A DNA stretch of 32,000 nucleotides from a virus. The position numbers and the translations under genes are program-made. The DNA lies in the IMG/VR virus record IMGVR_UViG_3300045988_037317, positions 12,149-44,148 of that record, one strand, 5' to 3'. The notes beneath the pieces are model-generated. The model was not told the DNA's origin. It saw only the letters and a list, made by a program, of their open reading frames with translations, and ran no database searches. Below are positions 24,922-32,000 of this stretch, piece after piece. Position 1 is the stretch's first letter; every line of letters starts with the position of its first letter.

Positions 24922-25161
24922 ATGGATAAGAAAAAATTAAAGTCATTAATGGTATTAAATAATGATACAGGCAAAACATTATCTCAGTATTTAGGCATTT
25001 CTGAGCAAACTTTTTCCATGAAATTGAATGAAAAGCATGGTAGACGTTTCACTAAAGATGAGGTGGAAGCAATATCTAATAAATACTCGTTAACGCCTCA
25101 AGAAATGGTATCTATTTTTTTTAAACATATGGTGTCTAAAAAAGGCACAATTCAAATTTAA
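24922..25161 (+). CDS. Cro-like HTH regulator
   Basis: ATG 24922 follows aaggtggtg. 79 aa containing TGKTLSQYLGISEQTFSMKLN (HTH). The track's start at 24799 would run through the promoter/operator region and has no RBS. Confidence 0.65.
   Translation: MDKKKLKSLMVLNNDTGKTLSQYLGISEQTFSMKLNEKHGRRFTKDEVEAISNKYSLTPQEMVSIFFKHMVSKKGTIQI
25132..25148. promoter_or_regulatory. Operator-like site Oc (GTGTCTAAAAAAGGCAC) inside the 3' end of the cro-like gene
   Basis: The 23-nt stretch 25132-25154 matches 24825-24847 at 21/23 positions. It lies about 250 bp from Ob. Confidence 0.45.
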
Positions 25162-25202
25162 CAATTTGCTACACATAAATAGAAAGGAAGAAGATTGAAT
25201 AA

Positions 25203-25916
25203 ATGAACGAATTATTTAATGTAACTACAAATGGTGACAAGTTAACTTTGTCGGCTAGAGAGTTGCACAAAGAATTAAACATTGCAGGAAGATTCTCTAG
25301 ATGGTTTGAGCAAATGTCAGAATACGGATTTGAAGAAAACGTCGATTTTACAAGTGTACAAAATTGTACGGTTGTTAATAACGGAGCAACTAGAGAATTG
25401 CAAGACTACCGAATCACACTTGATATGGCGAAAGAAATTGCAATGCTACAACGCAATGAAAAAGGAAAAGAAATTCGTAGAAAACTAATCGAATTAGAGA
25501 AGGCATGGAATAGTCCTGAAAAGGTTATGGCTCGTGCATTAGACATTGCACATAAAACAATTGCTAATCTTCAAATCGAAAACGAAGAAATGAAACCGAA
25601 AGCGATCTTTGCAGATGCAGTTGCAACTAGCGATACTTCAATTCTGATTGGTGACTTAGCTAAATTGATTAAACAGAATGGCACAGATATTGGTCAAAAA
25701 CGATTGTTTGAAAGAATGCGAAATGACGGATATTTGATTAAGACAGGTACTTCAAAAAATATGCCAACTCAAAAGGCAATGGAAAAAGGATTGTTTGAAG
25801 TTAAAGAACGAGTAATAAGCAATCCTGATGGTTCAACAAGAATCACGAGAACCACAAAAGTGACAGGCCAAGGTCAAATTTTCTTCATTAATAAGTTCAA
25901 AAAAGAATTGGCCTAA
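25203..25916 (+). CDS. Antirepressor (AntA-like N-terminal domain plus KilAC/ANT C-terminal domain)
   Basis: N-terminal LSARELHKELNIAGRFSRWFEQMSEYGFEENVDF (AntA/AntB-like). C-terminal SILIGDLAKLIKQNGTDIGQKRLFERMRNDGYLIK...TQKAMEKGLFEVKE (KilAC-like). Confidence 0.8.
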   Translation: MNELFNVTTNGDKLTLSARELHKELNIAGRFSRWFEQMSEYGFEENVDFTSVQNCTVVNNGATRELQDYRITLDMAKEIAMLQRNEKGKEIRRKLIELEKAWNSPEKVMARALDIAHKTIANLQIENEEMKPKAIFADAVATSDTSILIGDLAKLIKQNGTDIGQKRLFERMRNDGYLIKTGTSKNMPTQKAMEKGLFEVKERVISNPDGSTRITRTTKVTGQGQIFFINKFKKELA

Positions 25917-25930
25917 AACGATAAGAAAGG

Positions 25931-26143
25931 GTGAATAAAATGGCAGAACCAAGTGAAAGATTAGAAAGTGACAGATTAGATTCAATTAGATTATTCCAAG
26001 ACTCAGTGCATTGGGAAGGAAAAGTTTTTGATGTGCTAATTAAGAACGGATGTTCTAAGGAAGATTTAGTAAACGTATCTTCAATGCTTCAAACCATTTA
26101 TATGTGTGGATTTGAAGTTGGGAAAAGATGTGTAAAGGAATGA
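25931..26143 (+). CDS. Hypothetical early protein
   Basis: 70-aa ORF. The GTG 25931 and ATG 25940 starts are both possible, the latter with better spacing to aaagggtg. Confidence 0.4.
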   Translation: MNKMAEPSERLESDRLDSIRLFQDSVHWEGKVFDVLIKNGCSKEDLVNVSSMLQTIYMCGFEVGKRCVKE

Positions 26144-26352
26144 AAGTGTTGCTTGGCTATAGAGACATCATGGAACTTGGTGTTTCTAAGAAAACCGCAT
26201 ACAAGATGTTGAATCTTATATGCGAATCGGAGGCTTACAAAAAGTCCAATCTATCCAAAGTGATAGATACAAAGAAAGTTCCAACAAAGTTATTTATCAG
26301 GATGTTTCCTGAGTTCAAAGAAAGGTGTGAACAACATGATGAATGTAGATGA
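26128..26352 (+). CDS. Small putative DNA-binding protein (HTH; excisionase-like role possible)
   Basis: 74 aa. LGYRDIMELGVSKKTAYKMLN resembles a MerR/Xis-type HTH. The start codon is uncertain. Confidence 0.35.
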   Translation: MCKGMKVLLGYRDIMELGVSKKTAYKMLNLICESEAYKKSNLSKVIDTKKVPTKLFIRMFPEFKERCEQHDECR

Positions 26353-26408
26353 TTTAAGAGAGTTAGATGACAACAGATACATTGATGAAGATGAGGAGGA
26401 AGAACAAG

Positions 26409-26696
26409 ATGAGTACAGTTACGAAGACTACTGTTTCGACTGTTGCAAAGCAGAAAGAGACGAAGAAGCCTGGTTCTAAATCAAAGAAAAAAGCAGTTGA
26501 ATTAGGTGATTGTATCACGCTTCCTTCTTTTGCTAATAACGAGTACGAAACTCAGTATTCAATGCTAGTTAGAAGTCAAAAGCAGACTCATATGGTTAAT
26601 CGTGCTGCTAAATTCAATTACATATGTTCAATTGTTTTATTGGCACTAGCTATCGCATTTACAGTTTTCGCAAACTGGTACATAAGAGGCTTGTAA
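26409..26696 (+). CDS. Hypothetical membrane-anchored protein (C-terminal TM helix)
   Basis: ATG 26409 lies 8 nt after gaggagga; the track start 26367 lacks an RBS. The N-terminus is Lys-rich, and a C-terminal helix ICSIVLLALAIAFTVFANWYI is present. Confidence 0.45.
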   Translation: MSTVTKTTVSTVAKQKETKKPGSKSKKKAVELGDCITLPSFANNEYETQYSMLVRSQKQTHMVNRAAKFNYICSIVLLALAIAFTVFANWYIRGL

Positions 26697-26697
26697 A

Positions 26698-26937
26698 ATG
26701 ACGCAAACAGAAAGAGTTATCAAGCACCTAAAGGAGCATGGTACGATCATTCCTTTAGAAGCTATCAGAGAATATGGAATCACTCGTTTAGGTGCAAGGA
26801 TTTGGGATTTAAGAGACTTGGGGTATGACATTGAAACTCAAACCGAAACTTCAAAAAATCGGTTTGGAGATAAAACATCATATGCCAAGTACGTATTAAA
26901 AGGAGGGGCTAAAAATGAATCTGTATCAAGACACTGA
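26698..26937 (+). CDS. Small winged-helix/HTH DNA-binding protein
   Basis: 79 aa. ERVIKHLKEHGTIIPLEAIREYGITRLGARIWDLRDLGYDIET is typical of small phage winged-helix proteins. Confidence 0.45.
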   Translation: MTQTERVIKHLKEHGTIIPLEAIREYGITRLGARIWDLRDLGYDIETQTETSKNRFGDKTSYAKYVLKGGAKNESVSRH

Positions 26938-27586
26938 AAAGTTTAGTGTTGAAAAGTATGGAAGTCATGAAGAATGGTTAAAAAAGCGTGGATGTGGTAT
27001 TGGTGGCTCGGATGCAGCGTGCTTCATGAATTTAAACCCATGGAAAACGCTTAATCAGTTGTGGCATGACAAGAAGTTTGGATCACAACAAATCACAAAT
27101 GATGCTATCGAGTATGGCAATACTGCAGAGCCTTGTTTAAGAACGCTATTTCAAGCCAAACATCCTGAGTTAGATGTGCAATACGTGGATAACGTTACAT
27201 TGGTTTCTAAAGAACATGAGTTCTTGAGATACAGTCCTGATGGATTGATTTACAACAAGGAAACCGGTGAAAGAGGAATCTTGGAAATCAAAACATCTAA
27301 GATAATGAATCAACAGAGTTTAGATAAGTGGGGAACAAATGGGGAGAAAGCAGTTCCTAATAACTACTATTGCCAAACTTTAGAGGGATTGATCGTTACG
27401 GATTTCGACTTTGTTATTTATTGTGCAGAACTAAGATTTTTAAATGGCAAAGCATGGATAATAGAGCGTTCATACAGAAAAGAAGAAGCACTAGATAGTA
27501 TGAATGAACTAAAAGAAAACATGTTAGAAAAGTGGGATATGTACTTTGTTAATGATGTAGAACCGCCTACCCCATTGTCTTTATAA
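26915..27586 (+). CDS. YqaJ-like (lambda Exo-type, PD-(D/E)XK) recombination exonuclease
   Basis: WLKKRGCGIGGSDAACFMNLNPWKT...SPDGLI...GILEIKTSK matches the YqaJ N-terminal and D...E-x-K catalytic pattern. Confidence 0.8.
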   Translation: MNLYQDTEKFSVEKYGSHEEWLKKRGCGIGGSDAACFMNLNPWKTLNQLWHDKKFGSQQITNDAIEYGNTAEPCLRTLFQAKHPELDVQYVDNVTLVSKEHEFLRYSPDGLIYNKETGERGILEIKTSKIMNQQSLDKWGTNGEKAVPNNYYCQTLEGLIVTDFDFVIYCAELRFLNGKAWIIERSYRKEEALDSMNELKENMLEKWDMYFVNDVEPPTPLSL

Positions 27587-27604
27587 AAAATGGAGGATGA
27601 AAAT

Positions 27605-28453
27605 ATGGAATTTAATTTAGTGGTACGTGCACAAAACGGAAAAGTGTACACAAATGCAAGTGATTTATTACCTGAAATCCAAGAAGGTTTAAAGCACTAC
27701 AACTATGTAGTAGATGAAGGCAACTATAAGAAGGCTAAAACAGATAGAGCTGCTTTAAACAATTTGGTAAAGCTTGTATCTGATAAGCGTAAACAAGTTG
27801 AAAATGACGTCTTTGCTCAGTGGTTGCAAGATAAAAAAGACATTATGCAAGTCGAAAAGACTATCAAAGAAGCATCCGATAAATTGGGTGCTGGAATCAA
27901 TGATATTGATAATGCAGAGAAAGAATTGAAGAAAAATCAAATCAAAGAGTTATGGGAAAGCATGACGAACAACAAATATCCTTTTGAACTAGTTTTTGAA
28001 GAAAGATATTTGAATAAGTCTGTTAAACCTAAAGAAATTGAAGAATCGTTGAATAACAAGTTCTTGAAAGCCGAAGAACAATTATCTTTTATCGAAGCTT
28101 CTTTACCTGAAGATGAATTACAGGCAGAACAAGTAATCCAATTGTTCTGCAAAACATTGGATCTAAGCAAAGCTACGGAACGTATCAACGAGATCAAGGA
28201 AGCTAAAGCAAAGCTTCAAGAAAAAGTAAATGCTCAAATTGAACAGTCTAAGCAAGCTCAAATGGAAAGAGAAAATGCAGTACCTGTTCAAACTCAAGTG
28301 AATGAGGTTCCAAGTCAAACAAAGCCTAACAGATATTGCGTGTTCAAAATGGAAGGCCCTATGGAAGAACTACAAGCGTACAATCCATTGTTGAACCAAT
28401 TTATTAAAGAACACAACGTTAAAGTAACAATTTTAGAAAAGGGAGAGTGTTAA
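27605..28453 (+). CDS. DUF1351-like recombination-module protein
   Basis: ATG 27605 lies 8 nt after ggagg. The N-terminus reads MEFNLV...LLPEIQEGLKHYNYVVDEGNYKKAKTDRAALNNLVKLVSDKRKQVEN. The position between Exo and RecT is typical of DUF1351 (from memory). Confidence 0.55.
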   Translation: MEFNLVVRAQNGKVYTNASDLLPEIQEGLKHYNYVVDEGNYKKAKTDRAALNNLVKLVSDKRKQVENDVFAQWLQDKKDIMQVEKTIKEASDKLGAGINDIDNAEKELKKNQIKELWESMTNNKYPFELVFEERYLNKSVKPKEIEESLNNKFLKAEEQLSFIEASLPEDELQAEQVIQLFCKTLDLSKATERINEIKEAKAKLQEKVNAQIEQSKQAQMERENAVPVQTQVNEVPSQTKPNRYCVFKMEGPMEELQAYNPLLNQFIKEHNVKVTILEKGEC

Positions 28454-28454
28454 C

Positions 28455-29285
28455 ATGATTCAAAACAATATTGCTAAAAAGCCACAGGCTTCATTCGCAT
28501 CTTACGTAAAGTCTGATGCAGTACTTGCAAATATCACAAAAACTTTAGGAAGTGCAACAAGAGGAAAGAAATTTGTTGCATCCATTATCAGTGCAGTTAA
28601 TACGGATAAGAAATTAATGGAATGTGATTTTCCAACGATTATAAGTGCAGGAATCGTAGGTGATTCTTTGAACTTATCACCAAGTCCACAATTAGGACAC
28701 TACTACATGGTGCCATTCAGAGACACTAAGAACAATCGTACAGTCGCTACATTCCAACTTGGATATAAAGGTTATCTTCAATTAGCTATTCGTTCAGGTC
28801 AATATAAGAAAATCAATGTTGTAGCAGTTAAAGATGGTGAATTGTTAAGCTATAACCCATTTACAGAAGACATTGAAGTAAGAGCAATTACAGACCCATT
28901 AGAACGTGAAAAAGCTCCTACTATTGGATATTACGGAATGTTTGAATTGACTAATGGTTTTACTAAATCAATGTACTGGTCAAAAGAAACAATGGAAGAA
29001 CACGCTCAGAAATATTCTAAAGGGTATGCAGCTCATAAGGGATATACATTCTGGGAAAAAGATTTTGACGGAATGGCTTTCAAAACTATCTTACGTCAAT
29101 TGATTTCTAAATGGGGAATCATGAGCATTGAAATGCAAACTGCAATTGAAACAGATATGTCATTTAAAGATGATGTAAGTTCTGAACCTGTTTATTTCGA
29201 TAGTGAAGAAAATCAACAAGTAGAACAAGTTCAAGTATATCAAGAACAAACATATCAAGAACCAGAGGGCGTAAGTCTTGTATAA
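28455..29285 (+). CDS. recT: RecT-family single-strand annealing protein
   Basis: YYMVPFRD...ATFQLGYKGYLQLAIRSGQYKKI is the RecT core pattern. It is adjacent to the YqaJ exonuclease. Confidence 0.85.
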   Translation: MIQNNIAKKPQASFASYVKSDAVLANITKTLGSATRGKKFVASIISAVNTDKKLMECDFPTIISAGIVGDSLNLSPSPQLGHYYMVPFRDTKNNRTVATFQLGYKGYLQLAIRSGQYKKINVVAVKDGELLSYNPFTEDIEVRAITDPLEREKAPTIGYYGMFELTNGFTKSMYWSKETMEEHAQKYSKGYAAHKGYTFWEKDFDGMAFKTILRQLISKWGIMSIEMQTAIETDMSFKDDVSSEPVYFDSEENQQVEQVQVYQEQTYQEPEGVSLV

Positions 29286-29589
29286 ATCAAAACGTAGTAA
29301 AGCTACAGATATTCCTAAATCAATTAAAGATACTGTATGGGAAAGAGACGGGAGAATGTGTATCTTTTGCGGTTCTCCCTTCGCATTTCCTGAAGCACAC
29401 ATTTATTCAAGATCACAAGGCGGACTTGGAGTAGAAAAAAACATTATTACAGTGTGTAGAAGGTGTCATAACCTACTAGACCAGAGTCCAAAGAGAGAGA
29501 AAATGTTAGGCATTGCCAAAAGATATTTAGAACGTATCTACGGACATATTGATGAATCAGAGGTGAAATATAATGCTAAGTCAAAATGA
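29278..29589 (+). CDS. HNH endonuclease
   Basis: CIFCGS...EAHIYSRSQGG...NIITVCRRCHNLLD carries the Cys4 and H-N-H motif. TTG start overlapping the recT 3' end. Confidence 0.75.
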   Translation: MYKSKRSKATDIPKSIKDTVWERDGRMCIFCGSPFAFPEAHIYSRSQGGLGVEKNIITVCRRCHNLLDQSPKREKMLGIAKRYLERIYGHIDESEVKYNAKSK

Positions 29590-30052
29590 ACTGTTGTTTA
29601 AATACAATCCATTCAAAATCAAGCATTGGAAAGATGAAGAAATTCAAGAACAATTAGGAATCCTAGTTGATGCTTATATCTCTGATGCAGAAACAGTAAT
29701 GGAAATGGCGTTAAATGTCGAAAACCTAGCGAATCAAATGTTCTTGATTGGTGAAATGATAGCTAGATTACAGGAAAGCTCAAACATTTTGAAAGCAGAC
29801 ATTGAAAACAAAACAAATCAAGAGATTTATGTTGCACGTAGTACTTGGGAACGTGAGCATGATGGAAAGGCACCTAGTATTAAATACTTTGAAGCTTTAG
29901 CAGGTCAAAAAGTTTCTGAGGAAAGAACTAAGTTTGCAAAAGTTGATTCTGATTTAAAACGTTTCAAAACTGCTTACGAAAGTATTGAAGCAAAGATGAA
30001 CTCAGAAAAGAAAAAACTTGATGCTACTAAGTTTGAGATTGGAGGTGCGTAG
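29573..30052 (+). CDS. Hypothetical coiled-coil protein
   Basis: 159-aa ORF overlapping the HNH 3' end by 17 nt. No motif recognised. Confidence 0.45.
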   Translation: MLSQNELLFKYNPFKIKHWKDEEIQEQLGILVDAYISDAETVMEMALNVENLANQMFLIGEMIARLQESSNILKADIENKTNQEIYVARSTWEREHDGKAPSIKYFEALAGQKVSEERTKFAKVDSDLKRFKTAYESIEAKMNSEKKKLDATKFEIGGA

Positions 30053-30053
30053 G

Positions 30054-30548
30054 ATGATTTTAGGTATTGATCCAGCAAATGAATACAGTGCATTTGTTGT
30101 GGTAGAAAATGATTTATCGGCAGTTGTTGATAAAGGGAAAATATCTAACTTGGAATTGCAAGATAAAATCTCAAATTGGAAAGCAGAGAATTATCCAATT
30201 GATTATGTGGCGATTGAAGGAATACAAAGTTTCGGTATGCCTGTAGGTCAAACAACATTTGAAACTTGTTACTTTATAGGACGCTTATTGCAGCAATTTG
30301 AAGCTTTCGATATTGAACCTACATTAATATACCGAAGTGAAGAAAAAATGACTCTATGCCACTCTATGAAAGCGAAAGACAGTAATATCATTCAAGCTTT
30401 AATTGATTTGTTCGCTAAAGACACTCCAAACAAAGGAAAAGGAACAAAAAAAGAGCCTGGATATTTCTACGGATTTAAAAAAGACATATGGCAAGCAATG
30501 GCAGTTGCTTACGTTTTCCATACAAAGTACATAGGTACAGAATGCTAG
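30054..30548 (+). CDS. RuvC-like Holliday junction resolvase
   Basis: ATG 30054 follows ggaggtg. MILGIDPANE...(Asp) and DYVAIEGIQ (Glu) fit the RNase H-fold resolvase pattern. The track's upstream start overlaps the previous gene. Confidence 0.5.
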   Translation: MILGIDPANEYSAFVVVENDLSAVVDKGKISNLELQDKISNWKAENYPIDYVAIEGIQSFGMPVGQTTFETCYFIGRLLQQFEAFDIEPTLIYRSEEKMTLCHSMKAKDSNIIQALIDLFAKDTPNKGKGTKKEPGYFYGFKKDIWQAMAVAYVFHTKYIGTEC

Positions 30549-30560
30549 GAGGTGTGATGA

Positions 30561-31349
30561 ATGGAAAACACGGATTTCTTAAATATTCAAGGATGGATGA
30601 TAAATGAGCTAAATTTAAAAGGAAACGAGCTTATCATATACGCTTTGATTTATGGGTTCACAAAAGATGGAGTTTCTGAGTTCAGAGGAAGTAGACAGTA
30701 TATGGCAGATTGGACAAACTCATCAGTAAGGTCTGTTCAAAACGTTGTCAATTCTTTAGTTAATAAAGGAATGATTGAAAAAAATAATCACATCAATAAA
30801 TATGGTTCTTTGGAAACACCAGGATATAAAGCTATTAATGTTCCTAAATTATCTAGTGAAAAAAATTCTCTAGTAGAGAAAAAAGTTCATGAGGGTAGTG
30901 AAAAAAATTCTCTAGTAGAGAAAAAAGTTCACGGGGGTAGTGAAAAAAGTTCCTCACCCCTAGAGAAAAAAGTTCACGGGGGTAGTGAAAAAAGTTCACA
31001 CAATAATATAGATAATAATATATCTAATAACATAGTTGATATAAAAGAAAAAAATATAAAAAAAGAAAGTGTTAATTCTGTTATTGCAGAGTATACAGAA
31101 AACAAAGATTTGCAAGATGCATTGCATGGTTTTGTTGAAATGCGTACGAAAGCAAGAAAACCTCTTACTGTTAGAGCAATGAAGTTATCTTTAAATGTAT
31201 TAGATAATTTGGCGGTAGATGATGTTACCAAGATTGCAATTGTAAATCAGAGCATTGTACATACCTGGTCAACATTCTACAAGTTGCAGAACAATAACAA
31301 TGGCGGTCAAAGACAATTGACGAGAAAAGAAATGGGGTATGCATTTTGA
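30561..31349 (+). CDS. Replication initiator / replisome organiser with an N-terminal winged helix and an internal repeat linker
   Basis: The N-terminus reads LKGNELIIYALIYGFTKDGVSEFRGSRQYMADWTNSSVRSVQNVVNSLVNKGMIEK (wHTH). The central repeats are SEKNSLVEKKVHEG / SEKNSLVEKKVHGG / SEKSSSPLEKKVHGG / SEKSS. A helicase-loader-like gene follows. Confidence 0.6.
   Translation: MENTDFLNIQGWMINELNLKGNELIIYALIYGFTKDGVSEFRGSRQYMADWTNSSVRSVQNVVNSLVNKGMIEKNNHINKYGSLETPGYKAINVPKLSSEKNSLVEKKVHEGSEKNSLVEKKVHGGSEKSSSPLEKKVHGGSEKSSHNNIDNNISNNIVDIKEKNIKKESVNSVIAEYTENKDLQDALHGFVEMRTKARKPLTVRAMKLSLNVLDNLAVDDVTKIAIVNQSIVHTWSTFYKLQNNNNGGQRQLTRKEMGYAF
30855..31000. repeat. Tandem iteron array (42, 42 and 45 bp plus a 17-bp partial unit): candidate origin of replication
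   Basis: The units are 30855-30896, 30897-30938, 30939-30983 and 30984-31000. The core GAAAAAAGTTCA occurs four times, plus one GAAAAAAGTTCC variant. The array is immediately followed by a very AT-rich tract (30999-31066). Confidence 0.65.
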
Positions 31350-31924
31350 CATTAGAAGAAACTGAAAGAATCTTACAGGTGCTAAGAATCAATTACCCAA
31401 TGAGTTACAAAAACATGACTCAAGAAGATACACAAGCCTATTTAAAACTTTGGCAAGTATCTTTTAAGAATTATGAATATTTAACTGTAGCAAATGCAGT
31501 TAATCAAATCATCCAAAGTGATACAAGAGAGTTTGCTCCAAATGTAGCACAAGTAAAAACAAGAATTAGTAAAACTGCGATTGGAAAAACAAAGGAAGCT
31601 GGAGAGGCTTGGGAAATCGTTTTAAGGAACGCAAAGTGCGATCCTCATACTAGTAAGGTAAACTACGATAAACTGCCTAGAAACATTCAGAAAGCGCTCG
31701 GAGGGAGCTATTTGTTAAGAGATATTGCGTGGAGTAATAAAAAAGACTTGCAATATTACCGAGATAGATTTTTGCAAGCTTATAAAGATATTTGTGAAGA
31801 AGAAGTACAGTTATTAAATTCAGGACAAATCAGTTTGGAAATGTATCAACAACACGATCAATTGCCTGCACCTCCAAAAAAGGAGGAAGGTATGAAGATG
31901 TTGGGAGATTTGATGAACGGATAA
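31346..31924 (+). CDS. Helicase loader-like protein (SPP1 G39P-like, tentative)
   Basis: 192 aa with a TTG start overlapping the upstream stop. N-terminal ILQVLRINYPMSYKNMTQEDTQAYLKLWQVSFKNYEYLTVANAVNQIIQSDTREFAPNVAQV resembles the loader/inhibitor-of-G40P family (from memory). Confidence 0.45.
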   Translation: MTLEETERILQVLRINYPMSYKNMTQEDTQAYLKLWQVSFKNYEYLTVANAVNQIIQSDTREFAPNVAQVKTRISKTAIGKTKEAGEAWEIVLRNAKCDPHTSKVNYDKLPRNIQKALGGSYLLRDIAWSNKKDLQYYRDRFLQAYKDICEEEVQLLNSGQISLEMYQQHDQLPAPPKKEEGMKMLGDLMNG

Positions 31925-31954
31925 GAAAGGGATGGGTGGAAAGTGCATTATTAT

Positions 31955-32000
31955 ATGTTGGATAAAAACGATATATCAGTTGTACGTGGAATCGTAAACA
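31955..32000 (+). CDS. 3'-truncated ORF (start uncertain: GTG 31943 or ATG 31955)
   Basis: The frame is open to the window edge (MLDKNDISVVRGIVN...). gggtgga lies upstream. By synteny the next gene could be the replicative helicase, but the sequence is too short to tell. Confidence 0.25.
   Translation, partial: MLDKNDISVVRGIVN

Larger units (their letters stand above)
1..32000. mobile_element. Temperate tailed-phage genome segment (tail, DGR, lysis, lysogeny switch, recombination/replication) in circular/virion gene order
   Basis: Contiguous phage modules recognisable from the translations: tape measure, CHAP tail lysin, holin/amidase, tyrosine integrase, XRE repressor, antirepressor, YqaJ exonuclease, RecT, HNH, replication initiator. 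No recognisable host genes. The lysin and integrase are adjacent. Confidence 0.9.

Noticed and set aside
30855-31000. Tandem ~42-bp repeats considered as a possible CRISPR array
   Set aside because: The units abut directly with no unique spacers between them. They are translated in frame as peptide repeats within a long ORF, and no cas genes or leader are present. An iteron/origin reading fits better.

Overview
AT-rich, Firmicutes-style temperate siphovirus-type phage genome. Almost all genes are on the + strand, with AGGAGG-type RBSs, frequent stop/start overlaps and some GTG/TTG starts. The endolysin is followed directly by the integrase with no host DNA between them, so the gene order is circular/virion, not an integrated prophage.

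Layout:
- 1-13.5 kb: tail module. It holds a tail-completion fragment, a putative major tail protein, a chaperone pair with a candidate -1 frameshift, a 1527-aa tape measure, a Cys-rich distal-tail-slot protein, two tandem Cys-motif paralogs, and a tail-associated lysin with lysozyme-like and CHAP domains.
- 13.5-17.75 kb: fibre and receptor-binding genes.
- 16.56-19.64 kb: a complete diversity-generating retroelement (DGR).
- 19.6-22.2 kb: XkdX-like small ORFs, an LL-H-like holin and an Amidase_2 endolysin.
- 22.2-23.1 kb: about 940 nt without ORFs, carrying extended -10 promoters and three intrinsic terminators. This is where attP and possibly sRNAs are expected.
- 23.1-25.2 kb: tyrosine integrase, a short XRE repressor on the - strand, and a Cro-like gene with three related 17-bp operators.
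- 25.2-32 kb: antirepressor, an Exo/DUF1351/RecT/HNH/RuvC-like recombination module, a replication initiator with in-gene iterons, and a helicase-loader-like gene.

The headline is the DGR. Its target gene ends in a 125-bp variable repeat (VR, 17617-17741). Next come an Avd-like ORF, a 125-bp non-coding template repeat (TR, 18288-18412) and a reverse transcriptase. VR and TR differ at 10 positions, 8 of them at TR adenines.

All family assignments come from motif recognition by eye. No database search was run.
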